Below, piece after piece: positions 29,145-39,994 of a stretch of DNA of 60,631 bases. The notes under the pieces were generated by a model. It worked only from the letters and a program-made list of their open reading frames with translations, had not been told where the DNA came from and did no database searches. The stretch's first letter is position 1, and each line of letters starts with the position of its first letter. The translations under genes and the position numbers were made by a program. The DNA is taken from NCBI GenBank assembly GCA_016840165.1, contig JAEOSU010000097.1, positions 1 to 60,631 of the forward strand, read 5' to 3'. The stretch comes from Promethearchaeota archaeon (GTDB lineage: Archaea; Asgardarchaeota; Lokiarchaeia; Sigyniarchaeales; SOKP01).

Positions 29145-30422
29145 TCACTTAATCTGACTCAAATCTACTCCTTTTGTTTCCCTTAAGAATATAAAGATTA
29201 GTGGAAGATTAACTATTAAAAGCAAGCTAAGAACGATAAATGACATCTCTAAACTGAAGAAATAACTAATAACTCCATTAAATACTAACCCAAGAGTAAT
29301 CCCAAATGCGCTTAATAAAGACTTTAATCCACTAGCTGTACCCCGTACATCAGTAGGAACTATTTCAACAATAACAAGCCTAATAACCACTCCAATACCC
29401 CAAAAAGAAACATTTGCAAGAGCAGCACCGGTGGCAACGGGAATAATTGCAAAATTTTCTAATTTGCTCCCGATAATTACCGTAAATATCGAGATAATAA
29501 AAAGAATGGAATAAAGATAGAATAATGGTTTTCTTCCATACTTGTCAGCGAAAATGCCAGTAAAGAGATATCCTAAAATTACAGCGAAACTCATAACTAA
29601 TACAATAATATTGATATCCCCTTCTGTTAAATTAGGACTGTCATTAATGTATTTTTCGCCTAATGATACAAAAATATAATTAAAACCCACTAGAATCGTT
29701 ATTATCATTAAGCTAACAACTTCCTTTTTTCTTTTTGAAGCGAAAATGGTTCTTAAATTGTTCATTAATAAATGTTTTTTAACAGATACTTCCATAATTT
29801 TATATTCTTCATACTTTGAGGTTTCCTTTAGAGTGAAAAAAATGATAATGCTTAAAGGAATCCCAAGAATTACCGAAAAAATAGGCATTCCACGCCAAAA
29901 CGATGAAGCTTCTGTAATAAAAATAGATCGAAAAATAGGTAATAAAATTGAGCCCGTAACCCCTCCAATAAGCACCAAATTAGTTAATCTACCACGCTTA
30001 TCTGCAGGACTCTCTTCATTTATATAAATTACCCATATATCTGAGCTAAAAAATAGATACAAAAAGAATAGATAAAGGGTATATTGTATTATATCTGTGG
30101 AGAAAATTATTAACAGAGAAAATAATCCCATTCCGAGTACGGTGGTTGCCAATAGAATCTTTCTTCCAAACCTATCTGCAAGTAATTGGTTAAAAAATAC
30201 AAAATACATACCTATTGATGCTAAGGCGATACAAAAAGAAAGAATGCTCTCTCCGATATTTGCAGGAAACCCTATAAGAAATTCCTCAATTATTTTCGAA
30301 GGGATTACATTAGGATAATTTGTAGTGTACGTATCAAGTATTTCTACAAACATCAGAACAATTATTAAATATACAAGGTAGCTTTTTGAACGTAATAAAT
30401 TCTTCTTCTTGTTTTCATTCAT
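29145..30422 (-). CDS. MFS transporter
   Basis: LADRFGRK and FADKYGRK motif A in both halves. Confidence 0.92.
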   Translation of the reverse strand: MNENKKKNLLRSKSYLVYLIIVLMFVEILDTYTTNYPNVIPSKIIEEFLIGFPANIGESILSFCIALASIGMYFVFFNQLLADRFGRKILLATTVLGMGLFSLLIIFSTDIIQYTLYLFFLYLFFSSDIWVIYINEESPADKRGRLTNLVLIGGVTGSILLPIFRSIFITEASSFWRGMPIFSVILGIPLSIIIFFTLKETSKYEEYKIMEVSVKKHLLMNNLRTIFASKRKKEVVSLMIITILVGFNYIFVSLGEKYINDSPNLTEGDINIIVLVMSFAVILGYLFTGIFADKYGRKPLFYLYSILFIISIFTVIIGSKLENFAIIPVATGAALANVSFWGIGVVIRLVIVEIVPTDVRGTASGLKSLLSAFGITLGLVFNGVISYFFSLEMSFIVLSLLLIVNLPLIFIFLRETKGVDLSQIK

Positions 30423-30579
30423 ATATACTTATTTTTTCTCTATATATTTAAGAGTTATTTTTGGCAGAATCTTAACCCACTCAGAATTCTTATGTAACAT
30501 TTAAGTAAATAAATTAACATCTGAGAAAGGAGAAAATTTTATCAAGAAATCCTCTTTTTCATATCTAATTAATTTATTT

Positions 30580-32007
30580 ATGATGAGAATGTTAAAACCT
30601 CGAGAATTACATGGAAAACGATTATTAGGGTATTCTTTAGGAGATCTAGGATTACTACTGCCAAGAACGTTTGAAGGTGTCTTTATATTCCAATTTTACG
30701 TGTATACAGTTAATTTAAACTCGTTATTAGTATCCATTGGGTTCTCAGCGCAATTGATTATAGGAGCAGTGTCTGCTATAATCTTTGGTGTTCTTGTTGA
30801 CAATAAGAAACCGGGAAAATATGGAAAGCGTCGCCCTTTTTTACTTTTAGGTCTTCCGATATGGTTTATTACCACAATTTTAATTTGGTTTCCTCCAAAT
30901 TCTCCTATTGATAATTCTTTTTATTTACCTACCGCCAGCTATTTTTGGATCATCTATATTATCAGAGCAATTTCTCACGCTCTTATTTATACAGTATATA
31001 CTTCAATGTTACCCGAACAGTCCCAAACGTTTAAAAACAGGGAAAAGTTAGCTTCATTTTCGTCATTTTTTCAAATTTCCGCATCAATTATTGCTTTAAT
31101 GCTACCATTAATTGTACAGAGTGCTTTACCTGATCCTAAAATGGTTAAATGGTGGAATCCCTCTGGCGAGATTATTCAAATATTTATTCCTTTAATTGGA
31201 ATGTCATTTGCGATTTTTGGATTAATTGCTACTATTTTAGTCTTTATATCTGTTGATGAAAGCTTTTACAATAACAATCCTATTGTTCAATCTGAAAAAA
31301 TAAAAGTTATGGATGCATTAAAACGACTATCAATCCCCCTTAAAGATAGGAATTACTTAAAACTGATTATGGCAGTGTTTTTCATTACGGCAAATGCAAG
31401 AATCGTAGGTTTATTAGTTTTTCCCTTTCAGACATATGTAATGCAATTTCAAGCTGCTCAATTTTTTATTTATATCCTTTTCTCAACTCTAAGTAAGTTT
31501 ATTTGGTATTTTATTTGGAAACGAATCCGTAAAAAATTCAATATCTTGAAAACTTTTTCTGCATGTATCCTCTTTGCAGTTTGTGGCTCGTTTATTGATA
31601 TCTTTTTCTTATTTGGCAAATTATCTTTCGAATTTAGCTTAATTTTATATATTGTCTCATGGAGTAGTGTTTTAGGTTCGATGTATGCCTTCCCCCTCTT
31701 CTCAATCCCCATCACCGCTTCATTAGTTCATGATGCTGCTAACCAAAGCACTGGATCTTCTTTAGATGTAAAGATGTCTAAAATTTCGGGTTCTTATTAC
31801 GGATTGTTTAATTTTAGCAACACCTTAGGGCCTGCTTTTGCTTCCTTATTCATAGGAGCTCTGCTTTCTGGTAATAATGAAGAAAATCCCATAGTAATTA
31901 TCATTAGTTTTCTTTTTATTGGAGTATTTTATTTGCTCACTTTTCTATTCATTAATAGAATAAAACTTTCTAAAACATCATACTATTCTGGTCGTAGTCA
32001 ACAATAA
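30580..32007 (+). CDS. GPH/MelB-like MFS transporter
   Basis: GYSLGD, GKYGKRRPFLL, SMLPE; about 12 TM helices. Confidence 0.88.
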   Translation: MMRMLKPRELHGKRLLGYSLGDLGLLLPRTFEGVFIFQFYVYTVNLNSLLVSIGFSAQLIIGAVSAIIFGVLVDNKKPGKYGKRRPFLLLGLPIWFITTILIWFPPNSPIDNSFYLPTASYFWIIYIIRAISHALIYTVYTSMLPEQSQTFKNREKLASFSSFFQISASIIALMLPLIVQSALPDPKMVKWWNPSGEIIQIFIPLIGMSFAIFGLIATILVFISVDESFYNNNPIVQSEKIKVMDALKRLSIPLKDRNYLKLIMAVFFITANARIVGLLVFPFQTYVMQFQAAQFFIYILFSTLSKFIWYFIWKRIRKKFNILKTFSACILFAVCGSFIDIFFLFGKLSFEFSLILYIVSWSSVLGSMYAFPLFSIPITASLVHDAANQSTGSSLDVKMSKISGSYYGLFNFSNTLGPAFASLFIGALLSGNNEENPIVIIISFLFIGVFYLLTFLFINRIKLSKTSYYSGRSQQ

Positions 32008-32111
32008 ATAAGTTTTTTTCATGGAAAGAAATTTTATAGAAGACTCAAGTATTAAAAGCTCTTAAAAAGATATGTTATTATAATGTAATTAAATTTAAAG
32101 AGAGGATAATA

Positions 32112-32909
32112 ATTTCTGAGAAACAATTTGAGCATATTTTATATAAACAAGAAAATGGAATCGCTACTATAACTTTAAACCGTCCAAGTAGTTTTAATGC
32201 TTTGAATTACCCATTACTTACTGAGATGATAGAGCTTTTGGAGGCAAAAAGGAGGGATAAGGCCATTCGAGTCATTGTTATAGAAGGTTCAGGAGAAAAT
32301 TTTAGTTCAGGTGATGATTTAAAGAGTATGGGTCCTGAAGGCTCACGTTTTTCACCTTTAGAGGACGGATCACGATTGCCTCATCATAAAGTCATACGAC
32401 TGATTCGCGAAATTCAAAAACCATTTATAGCGACAATTCAAGGTTATTGTTTGGGAGCTGGATTTGAATTAACTCTGGCGTGTGATTTTAGATTAGCTTC
32501 AGAGAATATAAGAATGGGGGACCATCGAGCCACAAGAGCAATTTGTGTGATGAGTGGCGCTAGTTGGCTCCTACCTCGAATAATTGGATTTAGTCGTGCA
32601 ACAGACATAATTTTAACTGGAAGGATAATTGAAGCGAAAGAGGCTTTAGAAATTGGCTTAGTAAATGAAGTATATAAGGTTTCAGAATTTATAGATAAAA
32701 CTATTGAATATATTCGAAAAATAGCAGAAATGCCAACTAAATGCCTTGGATACAATAAAAATATGCTCAATTACTCTCAGTATAACGAGTTATTCCCTTC
32801 TCTTCAAAATGAATTCCGATTATATCTTAAAAATATCAGAACTCACGATTTTGGGGAAGGTATGAAATCGTTTCTGAAAAAGCGTGAACCCAGATTTATA
32901 GGTAGATGA
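32112..32909 (+). CDS. enoyl-CoA hydratase/isomerase (crotonase) family protein, probably starting at a non-canonical ATT/ATA (ORF track starts at 32202)
   Basis: FSSGDDL, GAGFELTLACDFR, EALEIGLVN. The conserved IATITLNRP..NAL lies in frame upstream of the TTG. Confidence 0.88.
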   Translation: MSEKQFEHILYKQENGIATITLNRPSSFNALNYPLLTEMIELLEAKRRDKAIRVIVIEGSGENFSSGDDLKSMGPEGSRFSPLEDGSRLPHHKVIRLIREIQKPFIATIQGYCLGAGFELTLACDFRLASENIRMGDHRATRAICVMSGASWLLPRIIGFSRATDIILTGRIIEAKEALEIGLVNEVYKVSEFIDKTIEYIRKIAEMPTKCLGYNKNMLNYSQYNELFPSLQNEFRLYLKNIRTHDFGEGMKSFLKKREPRFIGR

Positions 32910-33055
32910 CTAGGTTTTTAATCGTTATTAGAGATTAATTTGCTGTACCTTTTTTTGAACCAGAAATCCAAAGACTATAATATGATGAATATAATTATAT
33001 TTAGGAGTAAAAAACAATTTCTTAACCAAAAAAAAATTTTCATTGAGTTGATTTT

Positions 33056-35089
33056 ATGGGAATTGATAAATCAATTGAAGATCCGTGGGGCTCTGAAGAA
33101 TCTGAAAAGGAAGATGTTGAAAGAGAAAAATTAGAGCAAGAGAGGCTTGAAAGAGAAAGAAAAGAACAAGAACGATTAGAACAAGAAAAACTTGAAAGAG
33201 AGCGCTTAGAAAAAGAACGATTTGAACAATTGAAAATGAACGCTAAATTATACCCTAATAACTCATTGTTTATGATCCCAAGTTGGAGTGATTTATTAGG
33301 GTATCCCTCCTTAGGCACCTACGTAAATCATCCAGTCTCGAAAATAGAAAGTGATAACGTTATCTTTTTTAGTGGGTATGATTATTCCATTGAAACCCAA
33401 AAAGGAACACTTCATTGCTTATTCGGTCTTGGATACCACTACCTTAAATTTGAGTTGGAATCTGGTAAATACATCACTGACAATAGACTCTTAACTGGAT
33501 TAGTATTACCCGATTTTGTCTATGATCATATGGCTATGTCAAGTAATATTACCCTAGCAGAAGATCGCGACGTAATTATAGCAGAAAATGTGATTAAAGT
33601 CCCTATTGATTTATCAGATAAATCAGAGGAGCACTTAACTTTTATAAAGGGCGCGCTGATGCGGAATGTGTTCATCCCTAATAAGGACATATTTTTAGAG
33701 ATGATGAATCAAATAAGTGATATGGATTCCTATAATATCTCAACTGAAGGTTATAAGATTTTAAGTGCACATTGGGACTTTTTCAACCAAATTTTAGTTT
33801 CAGATAAAATAAACACCATAAATGATACTTCTTACCTTAATCCTACAGCAGGTATAAATGAAATTACTATTACAGCAGATCCATTTCTAGAGGAAATCAT
33901 CTCTCTTGTAAATCTCACACTTATCAAGGATAATATAAAAATCCTAAAAGGTGTTTATTCCGAAGTTGAGGTTGATCCTATGTATCTGTTCTCCATACTA
34001 GAACAAGCAGCGACAATTTTAAGTTCGAAAATACCACTTCTCAATTCGAAATCATCAGCCTTAGTTACAAAAAAGAGCTCCAAAGCAACAATTTTTGCTT
34101 CTGCAGAAGAACGCCTTGATGCATTTATTAGTTGGCCATTACAATTTAAAAGAAAAGCAAAAATACAACAAGTAAAAATACCTAAACCCGTGGAACCGCT
34201 CTCAATTTTGAGCCAGGATCAGGCTGAACCTGTCGATATTAAAACTACGGAACTTCAGGAGATCGAACAAGAAACATTTGAATTAGAAACCTTAAAATCT
34301 GAAATTGTGGAACATAAACCATTACCCTCTCCTCCCAAAGCAGATATTAAGCAGATACTATCATATTTAAAGAAAGTGATTGAAGAAAATTATGAAATGC
34401 CCTCTATCGGACGTGCTTTCGAACTCGCGAGAGAAAGTGCAAGACAGATGGGGGTAAACGCAACCACTTTACATCAATCAAAAATCTGGGAAATGAGTAA
34501 ATATGCTAATATATATGCTAAAAAGGACCCAGGTTATGGATTACCTGAAAAAGAAAAAGAAGTTTTAGTTCGGAAAATAGATAAATGGCTTTTTGAGATT
34601 GAAGAAAATGAACGATTGGAAAGAGAACGGATAGAAAAGGCTCGATTAGAGAAAGAACGACTAGAACGATTAGAACGGGAAAGAATTGAGAAAGAAAGAC
34701 TAGAAAAGGAAAGAAAAGAGAGAGAACGTCTTGAACAAATTCGCTTAGAAAAAGAAAGATTAGCCCAAGAACAATTAGAAAAAGAACGATTAGAAAAAAT
34801 TGAGAAACAAAAAGCAGAAGCGCTTAGATTAGAACGGGAAAGATTAGAAAAGATTGAAAGAGAAAAGCAAGAGGAAATAAGATTAGAAAAGGAACGTTTG
34901 GAAAAGGAAAAACAGGAATTAGAAGCTATTGAGAAAGAAAAGCAGGAACTTAAAAGGTTGAAAAAAGAAAGAAAACTAAAAGAAAAGGAAGCTAAACGGG
35001 AAGCAAAAAAGCGGAAAAAATTAGAGAAACAAAAGAAAAAACTAGAAGAAAAGAAGTTAAAGGAACAAGAAAAATTGAAAAAACTCTAA
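33056..35089 (+). CDS. protein with two ER/K-rich single-alpha-helix or coiled-coil tracts around uncharacterised globular domains
   Basis: ERLE(K/R)ER repeats near the N-terminus and over the last ~160 aa. Confidence 0.8.
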   Translation: MGIDKSIEDPWGSEESEKEDVEREKLEQERLERERKEQERLEQEKLERERLEKERFEQLKMNAKLYPNNSLFMIPSWSDLLGYPSLGTYVNHPVSKIESDNVIFFSGYDYSIETQKGTLHCLFGLGYHYLKFELESGKYITDNRLLTGLVLPDFVYDHMAMSSNITLAEDRDVIIAENVIKVPIDLSDKSEEHLTFIKGALMRNVFIPNKDIFLEMMNQISDMDSYNISTEGYKILSAHWDFFNQILVSDKINTINDTSYLNPTAGINEITITADPFLEEIISLVNLTLIKDNIKILKGVYSEVEVDPMYLFSILEQAATILSSKIPLLNSKSSALVTKKSSKATIFASAEERLDAFISWPLQFKRKAKIQQVKIPKPVEPLSILSQDQAEPVDIKTTELQEIEQETFELETLKSEIVEHKPLPSPPKADIKQILSYLKKVIEENYEMPSIGRAFELARESARQMGVNATTLHQSKIWEMSKYANIYAKKDPGYGLPEKEKEVLVRKIDKWLFEIEENERLERERIEKARLEKERLERLERERIEKERLEKERKERERLEQIRLEKERLAQEQLEKERLEKIEKQKAEALRLERERLEKIEREKQEEIRLEKERLEKEKQELEAIEKEKQELKRLKKERKLKEKEAKREAKKRKKLEKQKKKLEEKKLKEQEKLKKL

Positions 35090-35136
35090 ACTATTTTAAA
35101 TTTTTAAAAATAAGTAAGGGAAATAAGCAAAACTTG

Positions 35137-35592
35137 TTAATCGGGGGTCAACTCGTCTAAGTCGCTCAAGTCCAGCCCCGAATCTAAGGTGTCTGGAATG
35201 TCTGACAAAAATTCATCTAAAATCTCTTTCAATTCATCGCCCGATCTCTTTAAAATCAATCTAATTAATCCAATATTGATATCCGGATCGGAGATAAGGG
35301 TTAATACACCTTTAGGACCGCAGCTTGACGCAAAGATTTTCCCTCCTGAAAATTCACTAGTTACAATTTCTAAATCTCCAAGTTCTAAATTCTTTCCTTG
35401 TTCCTCGCTCGCACAGAATACAGCACTTGCGATTGCGCCAATACCATCAACATCGGCCGGAAAGTAGGAAAATTTTGAGACACTTGCGATAGTTAACCCG
35501 GTCCTATCGACCAAAATTACTTTTTTAATCCCGCTTTCCGATTTGATTATTTTCGATAAGATATTATCAAAACTTTTGGTATCAATAGACAT
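35137..35592 (-). CDS. Roadblock/LC7 (MglB/LAMTOR-like) protein
   Basis: VILVDRTGLTIAS, IGAIASAV..ASE..G..L.LG.L, INIGLIRL; acidic tail. Confidence 0.93.
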   Translation of the reverse strand: MSIDTKSFDNILSKIIKSESGIKKVILVDRTGLTIASVSKFSYFPADVDGIGAIASAVFCASEEQGKNLELGDLEIVTSEFSGGKIFASSCGPKGVLTLISDPDINIGLIRLILKRSGDELKEILDEFLSDIPDTLDSGLDLSDLDELTPD

Positions 35593-35778
35593 CTTCTACA
35601 CCAAATCTAGTTTACAATTGAATATAATATTATTAGAATTTTAACTTTAAAATTGTTATTATTATTAAAAAAGTATATCTATATAAAAATATGTATTTGA
35701 TAACGGGTTATCAATTTACGAGTGCGAAAAATAGGAAAAGTAGCCTTTTTGAAATTAATTTCTACCTTCAGAAACATC

Positions 35779-36999
35779 TTAAAGGAGATCATTATCCTTT
35801 ACAATTTTCATATAATGGTCGCGTTCACGTCTCAGTACTTTAAGCTCTTTTTTTAAATCTAAAATTTGATTTTTAACCTCACTATCCTCCTCTTGTTTTG
35901 AGGTTAGCTGCTCTTTTAATTCTTTGATTTCGAGTTTTAAGGAAGTGATGCTGTCTATATGGATAGAATTTTGATTTTTAACTTTCTCCAGCTCAGAGCT
36001 AAGTTTTTCTAAGGATTTTTCTAAAGCTTTAACTTCGGAGTTTAAACTGCGGTTTGCAACTCTTAGATCCTCTTTCTCTAGAATAACCTTTTCATATTCT
36101 TTTCCAACATCATCGAAACCATGTAATTTCTTTTGTAATTGTTGAACTTCTTGCTCTTTTTTTTCGAATTCTTCTTTTTTCTGTTCAATTTGCGAAGTTA
36201 AGCCTTTGTTCTCATTCATCAATTTAACATTATTTTCATTCAAATCGGCCATTTGTTGGCTCCAATTTTCTAATTTGATATATTGTTCACTGAGTTCTTT
36301 TTTAAGATTATCTCTTTCTGTGGTTAAAGTAGTATTATCTGATTTTATTTCAGTAAATTTATTGGTCAATTCTCTTATTTTACTGCTTTTCTCGTTCATC
36401 AGTGATTCTAAATTTGAAATTTTCTCTTGAAATTCTTTTATCTTTTCTGTTGTATCAGGAGGAGCTACTTCTTCTGTTTTTATATCAGTTCCTTCAGATT
36501 GTTTTTTTACCTCCTCTGCCTTTTCCTTCTCTTTCTTTTCAACTTCTTCTCTTTCAACTTTACTGGTCTCACCTTCAATTGTTTCATCCCAATATGGAGT
36601 GAGCTCACCATTCTTTAGCATACCATAATATCGACCAAATATATCATCAAAATTAAGTGCTTCTTTTTTTGGTAATAATTCATAAGCTATACGCCGCATC
36701 ATCCCCTCAAAATCGTCCATTAGAAAATCATCTTCAGATAGGAATACAATTATCGCATAATTCGGTTTTCCTACATAATGTCTAAAGGAAAATCCCGTGT
36801 AAAAGCTTGAAACCGTAATCTCTTCATTGATCTTCATTTCAAGATAATTTGGTTCCATTTTTCTGGCTAAATGTTGCTCTGATAGGGATTGAAGCAATTC
36901 AGGTGTTACTTTTAGAAACTCACAGATGTTAATAGGATATTGAGTGCTAATAACTAAGTTGCCATTTTCATTAAATTCTATTATAATAATTCCTTTCAA
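35779..36999 (-). CDS. longin-like domain followed by a long coiled coil
   Basis: MKGIIIIEFNENG....QYP...SFYTG N-terminal domain; ~220 aa of heptad repeats. Confidence 0.7.
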   Translation of the reverse strand: MKGIIIIEFNENGNLVISTQYPINICEFLKVTPELLQSLSEQHLARKMEPNYLEMKINEEITVSSFYTGFSFRHYVGKPNYAIIVFLSEDDFLMDDFEGMMRRIAYELLPKKEALNFDDIFGRYYGMLKNGELTPYWDETIEGETSKVEREEVEKKEKEKAEEVKKQSEGTDIKTEEVAPPDTTEKIKEFQEKISNLESLMNEKSSKIRELTNKFTEIKSDNTTLTTERDNLKKELSEQYIKLENWSQQMADLNENNVKLMNENKGLTSQIEQKKEEFEKKEQEVQQLQKKLHGFDDVGKEYEKVILEKEDLRVANRSLNSEVKALEKSLEKLSSELEKVKNQNSIHIDSITSLKLEIKELKEQLTSKQEEDSEVKNQILDLKKELKVLRRERDHYMKIVKDNDLL

Positions 37000-37247
37000 G
37001 ATCTTTCAAATACAAACGAATTTTTTCAAAGTTTTTATTGCGATTAATTATAATTTTTTTTTCTATATCTATTTTACTCAGACCAAATTTTATTACGAAT
37101 ACATCCACATAATTGGAATGGAGCATTAATGACAATATTTTTATCTCTATAATATCAATAATAACAATTTATTTCATTTAAGAAAAAATTATATGAAAAT
37201 TCATCTAAATATAATTAAGTTCCTTGAAGTAGTTTTAACATCTTAGT

Positions 37248-38120
37248 CTACTTTTCGTTTAAATTAGAAAATAGAAACATTCCATCAAGGATCCTATTTA
37301 TTTTAATTTGATTTTGATTTATATCATCGATGATTATATCTGATTTAAAGATCCTTGTTTTTTCAGTTAAAGAGAATTGATTTTTGTCTGATAATATCTC
37401 TACGAGGCCTAATTTCTTAAGCTGATTAAGATGGATTAAAGCATCTTTATGTTGGAGATTGAAATCATAAAATAGTACATTGATATTATATGTTTTATAA
37501 ACGTCATAGTTTATTAAGATCTCTAGATCTTTTCTTAATTCATTAATTTGGTCTACTCTATTCCCCAAATTTTTAATAGAGATAATTTTTCCTAAAATCT
37601 CAGCTACATAATCATAAGTAGTCAGAAAAAAATCGGCAGCAATAGAAGTTGGAAAAACAGGGATATTTTCATTTATTGCTAAATTAGTTTTAAGAAAGTC
37701 CTTAAATGCATTTATTTTATGATGTAATAAGATTTTATCAATTAAATCAACTTTATGAAAGAAGACTACTATTGAGGCTTTTTTTAAATTCATTTCTTTA
37801 TGTATATTTAGAAGTTTAAAAAAGAAATCTTGAATTTCTTTAATATACATATTAATATCAAATACACATAGTAATAAATTAGCATTCAAAAATATTTCTC
37901 GTTCATGAGAAAACCAGTTTTCATTTTCTTGGCCTGCTAAATCAAATACTCCTAATTCATAATTAAATAGAGTAAAAATTTTTGAATCAACGCCTCTTGT
38001 AGGTTCTATACTTGTATTCATTAATTTAAATGGACTCACCATTTCAAAAAAGACTTTTTTAATTGTACTTTTACCTACACCTGGAGGACCAATAATTATT
38101 ATTTTTTTCTTCTCGAACAT
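37248..38120 (-). CDS. Rag/Gtr-like small GTPase with a C-terminal winged helix
   Basis: G1 GPPGVGKS, G2 EPTRG, G3 DLAGQE, G4 HKVD, G5 TSI. Confidence 0.88.
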   Translation of the reverse strand: MFEKKKIIIIGPPGVGKSTIKKVFFEMVSPFKLMNTSIEPTRGVDSKIFTLFNYELGVFDLAGQENENWFSHEREIFLNANLLLCVFDINMYIKEIQDFFFKLLNIHKEMNLKKASIVVFFHKVDLIDKILLHHKINAFKDFLKTNLAINENIPVFPTSIAADFFLTTYDYVAEILGKIISIKNLGNRVDQINELRKDLEILINYDVYKTYNINVLFYDFNLQHKDALIHLNQLKKLGLVEILSDKNQFSLTEKTRIFKSDIIIDDINQNQIKINRILDGMFLFSNLNEK

Positions 38121-38139
38121 AAATCTTTTTTAAAAATGA

Positions 38140-38511
38140 TTAAGCAGAATTAATTAACTTATCAATTAAGGTTCTAAACTCTTTAACCCTTATGGGTTTT
38201 GAGATATATTCATTAAACCCGGCTTTAAGTATACGCTCTTTATCACCTTTCATTGCAAAGGACGTCACAGCAATTATTGGTATATTATTGAACTTATCAA
38301 TCGCTCTTAATTCTGTACAAATTTCAATTCCATTTATTACAGGTAATTGAATATCGAGAATGATTAAGTCTGGATCACCCGTTTTAATTAATTCTAACCC
38401 TAAATCTCCTTGAGTTTCTTCAAATAATTTGATATCTGGCATAATTTGGAATATAGCACGAAAAAGCTTCATATTCTTTTCATTATCTTCTACTAAATAT
38501 ACTTTTTTCAT
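38140..38511 (-). CDS. single-domain response regulator (DivK/CheY-like)
   Basis: VEDN, LIILDIQLP (phospho-Asp), VTSFAM, SKPI. Confidence 0.95.
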   Translation of the reverse strand: MKKVYLVEDNEKNMKLFRAIFQIMPDIKLFEETQGDLGLELIKTGDPDLIILDIQLPVINGIEICTELRAIDKFNNIPIIAVTSFAMKGDKERILKAGFNEYISKPIRVKEFRTLIDKLINSA

Positions 38512-38675
38512 TTTTGTAAGTCAATTCCTAAGTTTATGAATATTATATTATACTAGCTTAGTTAAAATTCCCCTTAATATTCCTATCTTTTTAGATATCT
38601 TTATATATATCATCTCTTATGCATTATTTAAGTTTAAGGATCTAACCAGAAGTATAATACCGAAAGGAGACAAAA

Positions 38676-39992
38676 ATGGTTATAGGTCTATTACTATTAA
38701 AATGGCATAATAAACTTGGTCCATTAATTGATTTAAAATATCCCATCGATGTTAAAATTTCAGATAGTCTGATAAATAAAGTCTATACAGCTTATTCTTT
38801 TCATGATGAGAAAAAAGCACAAGATTTTATGGAAATTTCTACCAACAATTTGATAGTTTTATCCTATTGTGATATCTCTCAGATACCAGAAAAGGGATAT
38901 GAAATTGCCCTAATAATATTGGAAGAGAAGAATAGAATAAGTCTAAATAAAATAAAACAACATTTTATGAAATTTTCTAAAGAGATTTTTCAACTCACTG
39001 AAGATAGTCGTGAAAATTATTTTAATAATAACTTAGATTATTTTTTCAAAAAATCTACTGCCAAAAAAGTCTTATTATTAGGTTGTGCTGGAACGGGTAA
39101 AACTAGTATCAAGAGGATAATATTTGAAGGAGCGGATCCAAAAGTCTTACTTCTAAATCCCCTTGAACCTACAAGAGGTATAAGTCCAAATGTTTACTCA
39201 TGGCTTGATTTAAAATTAGGTGTTTTTGATTCTTCAGGACAAGAATTAAGCTACCTATTAGCTAATGAAGAAGACAGTGATTTTATTTTAGCTTTTAAAA
39301 ACACAGACATCATTGTTTATGTAATAGATTATACACTATGGAACATAAAACATAATGAAATAGAAAATCATATCCAAAAGATCTCACAAATAATTCAAGC
39401 AAGTAATCTACAAACAAAACTGGTTTTATTTGTTCATAAAATAGATTTAATCGAAATGCATGATCATGACAAAGTAATAAATGAGTTAAAACATTATTTT
39501 CAAGGAAATTTTAATTTAGACGTTTACTTCACAAGTATTCATCCAGAATGGATTTATAGTTTATATAATGCATTTTATGACCTTTTAAGTAGTTTTTCTC
39601 AAGAAACTTTAAATTTGAGATCTATTTTAAAAGATCAAATTAAAGAAATCTCAAAAGCAACGGTTTTTATCACAAATTTGCAGGATTCTATTATTGTACA
39701 GAGTATGACTAACGATTTTAATACAAATATAATTAATCGCTCACATAAATTAATTGCTGAAATTAATGAAAATTTTGAGGATATGAGTCAGGAGGGAAGA
39801 ATTGACCATCTGATTCTTTCAAGTGAGGGAAATTTTAACATTATTATGAACAATTTAAATATGTCAAAATTTGGTCTTAAGTATATAATAATTCTTTCTG
39901 AGAGTTTATCAGCAAATAAATTGATATTACTGGTTGGCCAAATAAGATTACAACTTAAAGACTTCTACTATTTAGAGAAAAAGGTATCATAA
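38676..39992 (+). CDS. longin-like + Rag-like GTPase + Roadblock-like fusion protein
   Basis: N-terminus LLKWHNKLGPLIDLKYP; GCAGTGKT, EPTRG, DSSGQE, HKID, TSI; C-terminal alpha/beta domain. Confidence 0.82.
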   Translation: MVIGLLLLKWHNKLGPLIDLKYPIDVKISDSLINKVYTAYSFHDEKKAQDFMEISTNNLIVLSYCDISQIPEKGYEIALIILEEKNRISLNKIKQHFMKFSKEIFQLTEDSRENYFNNNLDYFFKKSTAKKVLLLGCAGTGKTSIKRIIFEGADPKVLLLNPLEPTRGISPNVYSWLDLKLGVFDSSGQELSYLLANEEDSDFILAFKNTDIIVYVIDYTLWNIKHNEIENHIQKISQIIQASNLQTKLVLFVHKIDLIEMHDHDKVINELKHYFQGNFNLDVYFTSIHPEWIYSLYNAFYDLLSSFSQETLNLRSILKDQIKEISKATVFITNLQDSIIVQSMTNDFNTNIINRSHKLIAEINENFEDMSQEGRIDHLILSSEGNFNIIMNNLNMSKFGLKYIIILSESLSANKLILLVGQIRLQLKDFYYLEKKVS

Positions 39993-39994
39993 TT

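Noticed and set aside
34600-35089. Repetitive purine-rich DNA resembling a tandem array
   Set aside because: Explained by ER/K codon repeats inside a CDS; no repeat-spacer structure, so not CRISPR
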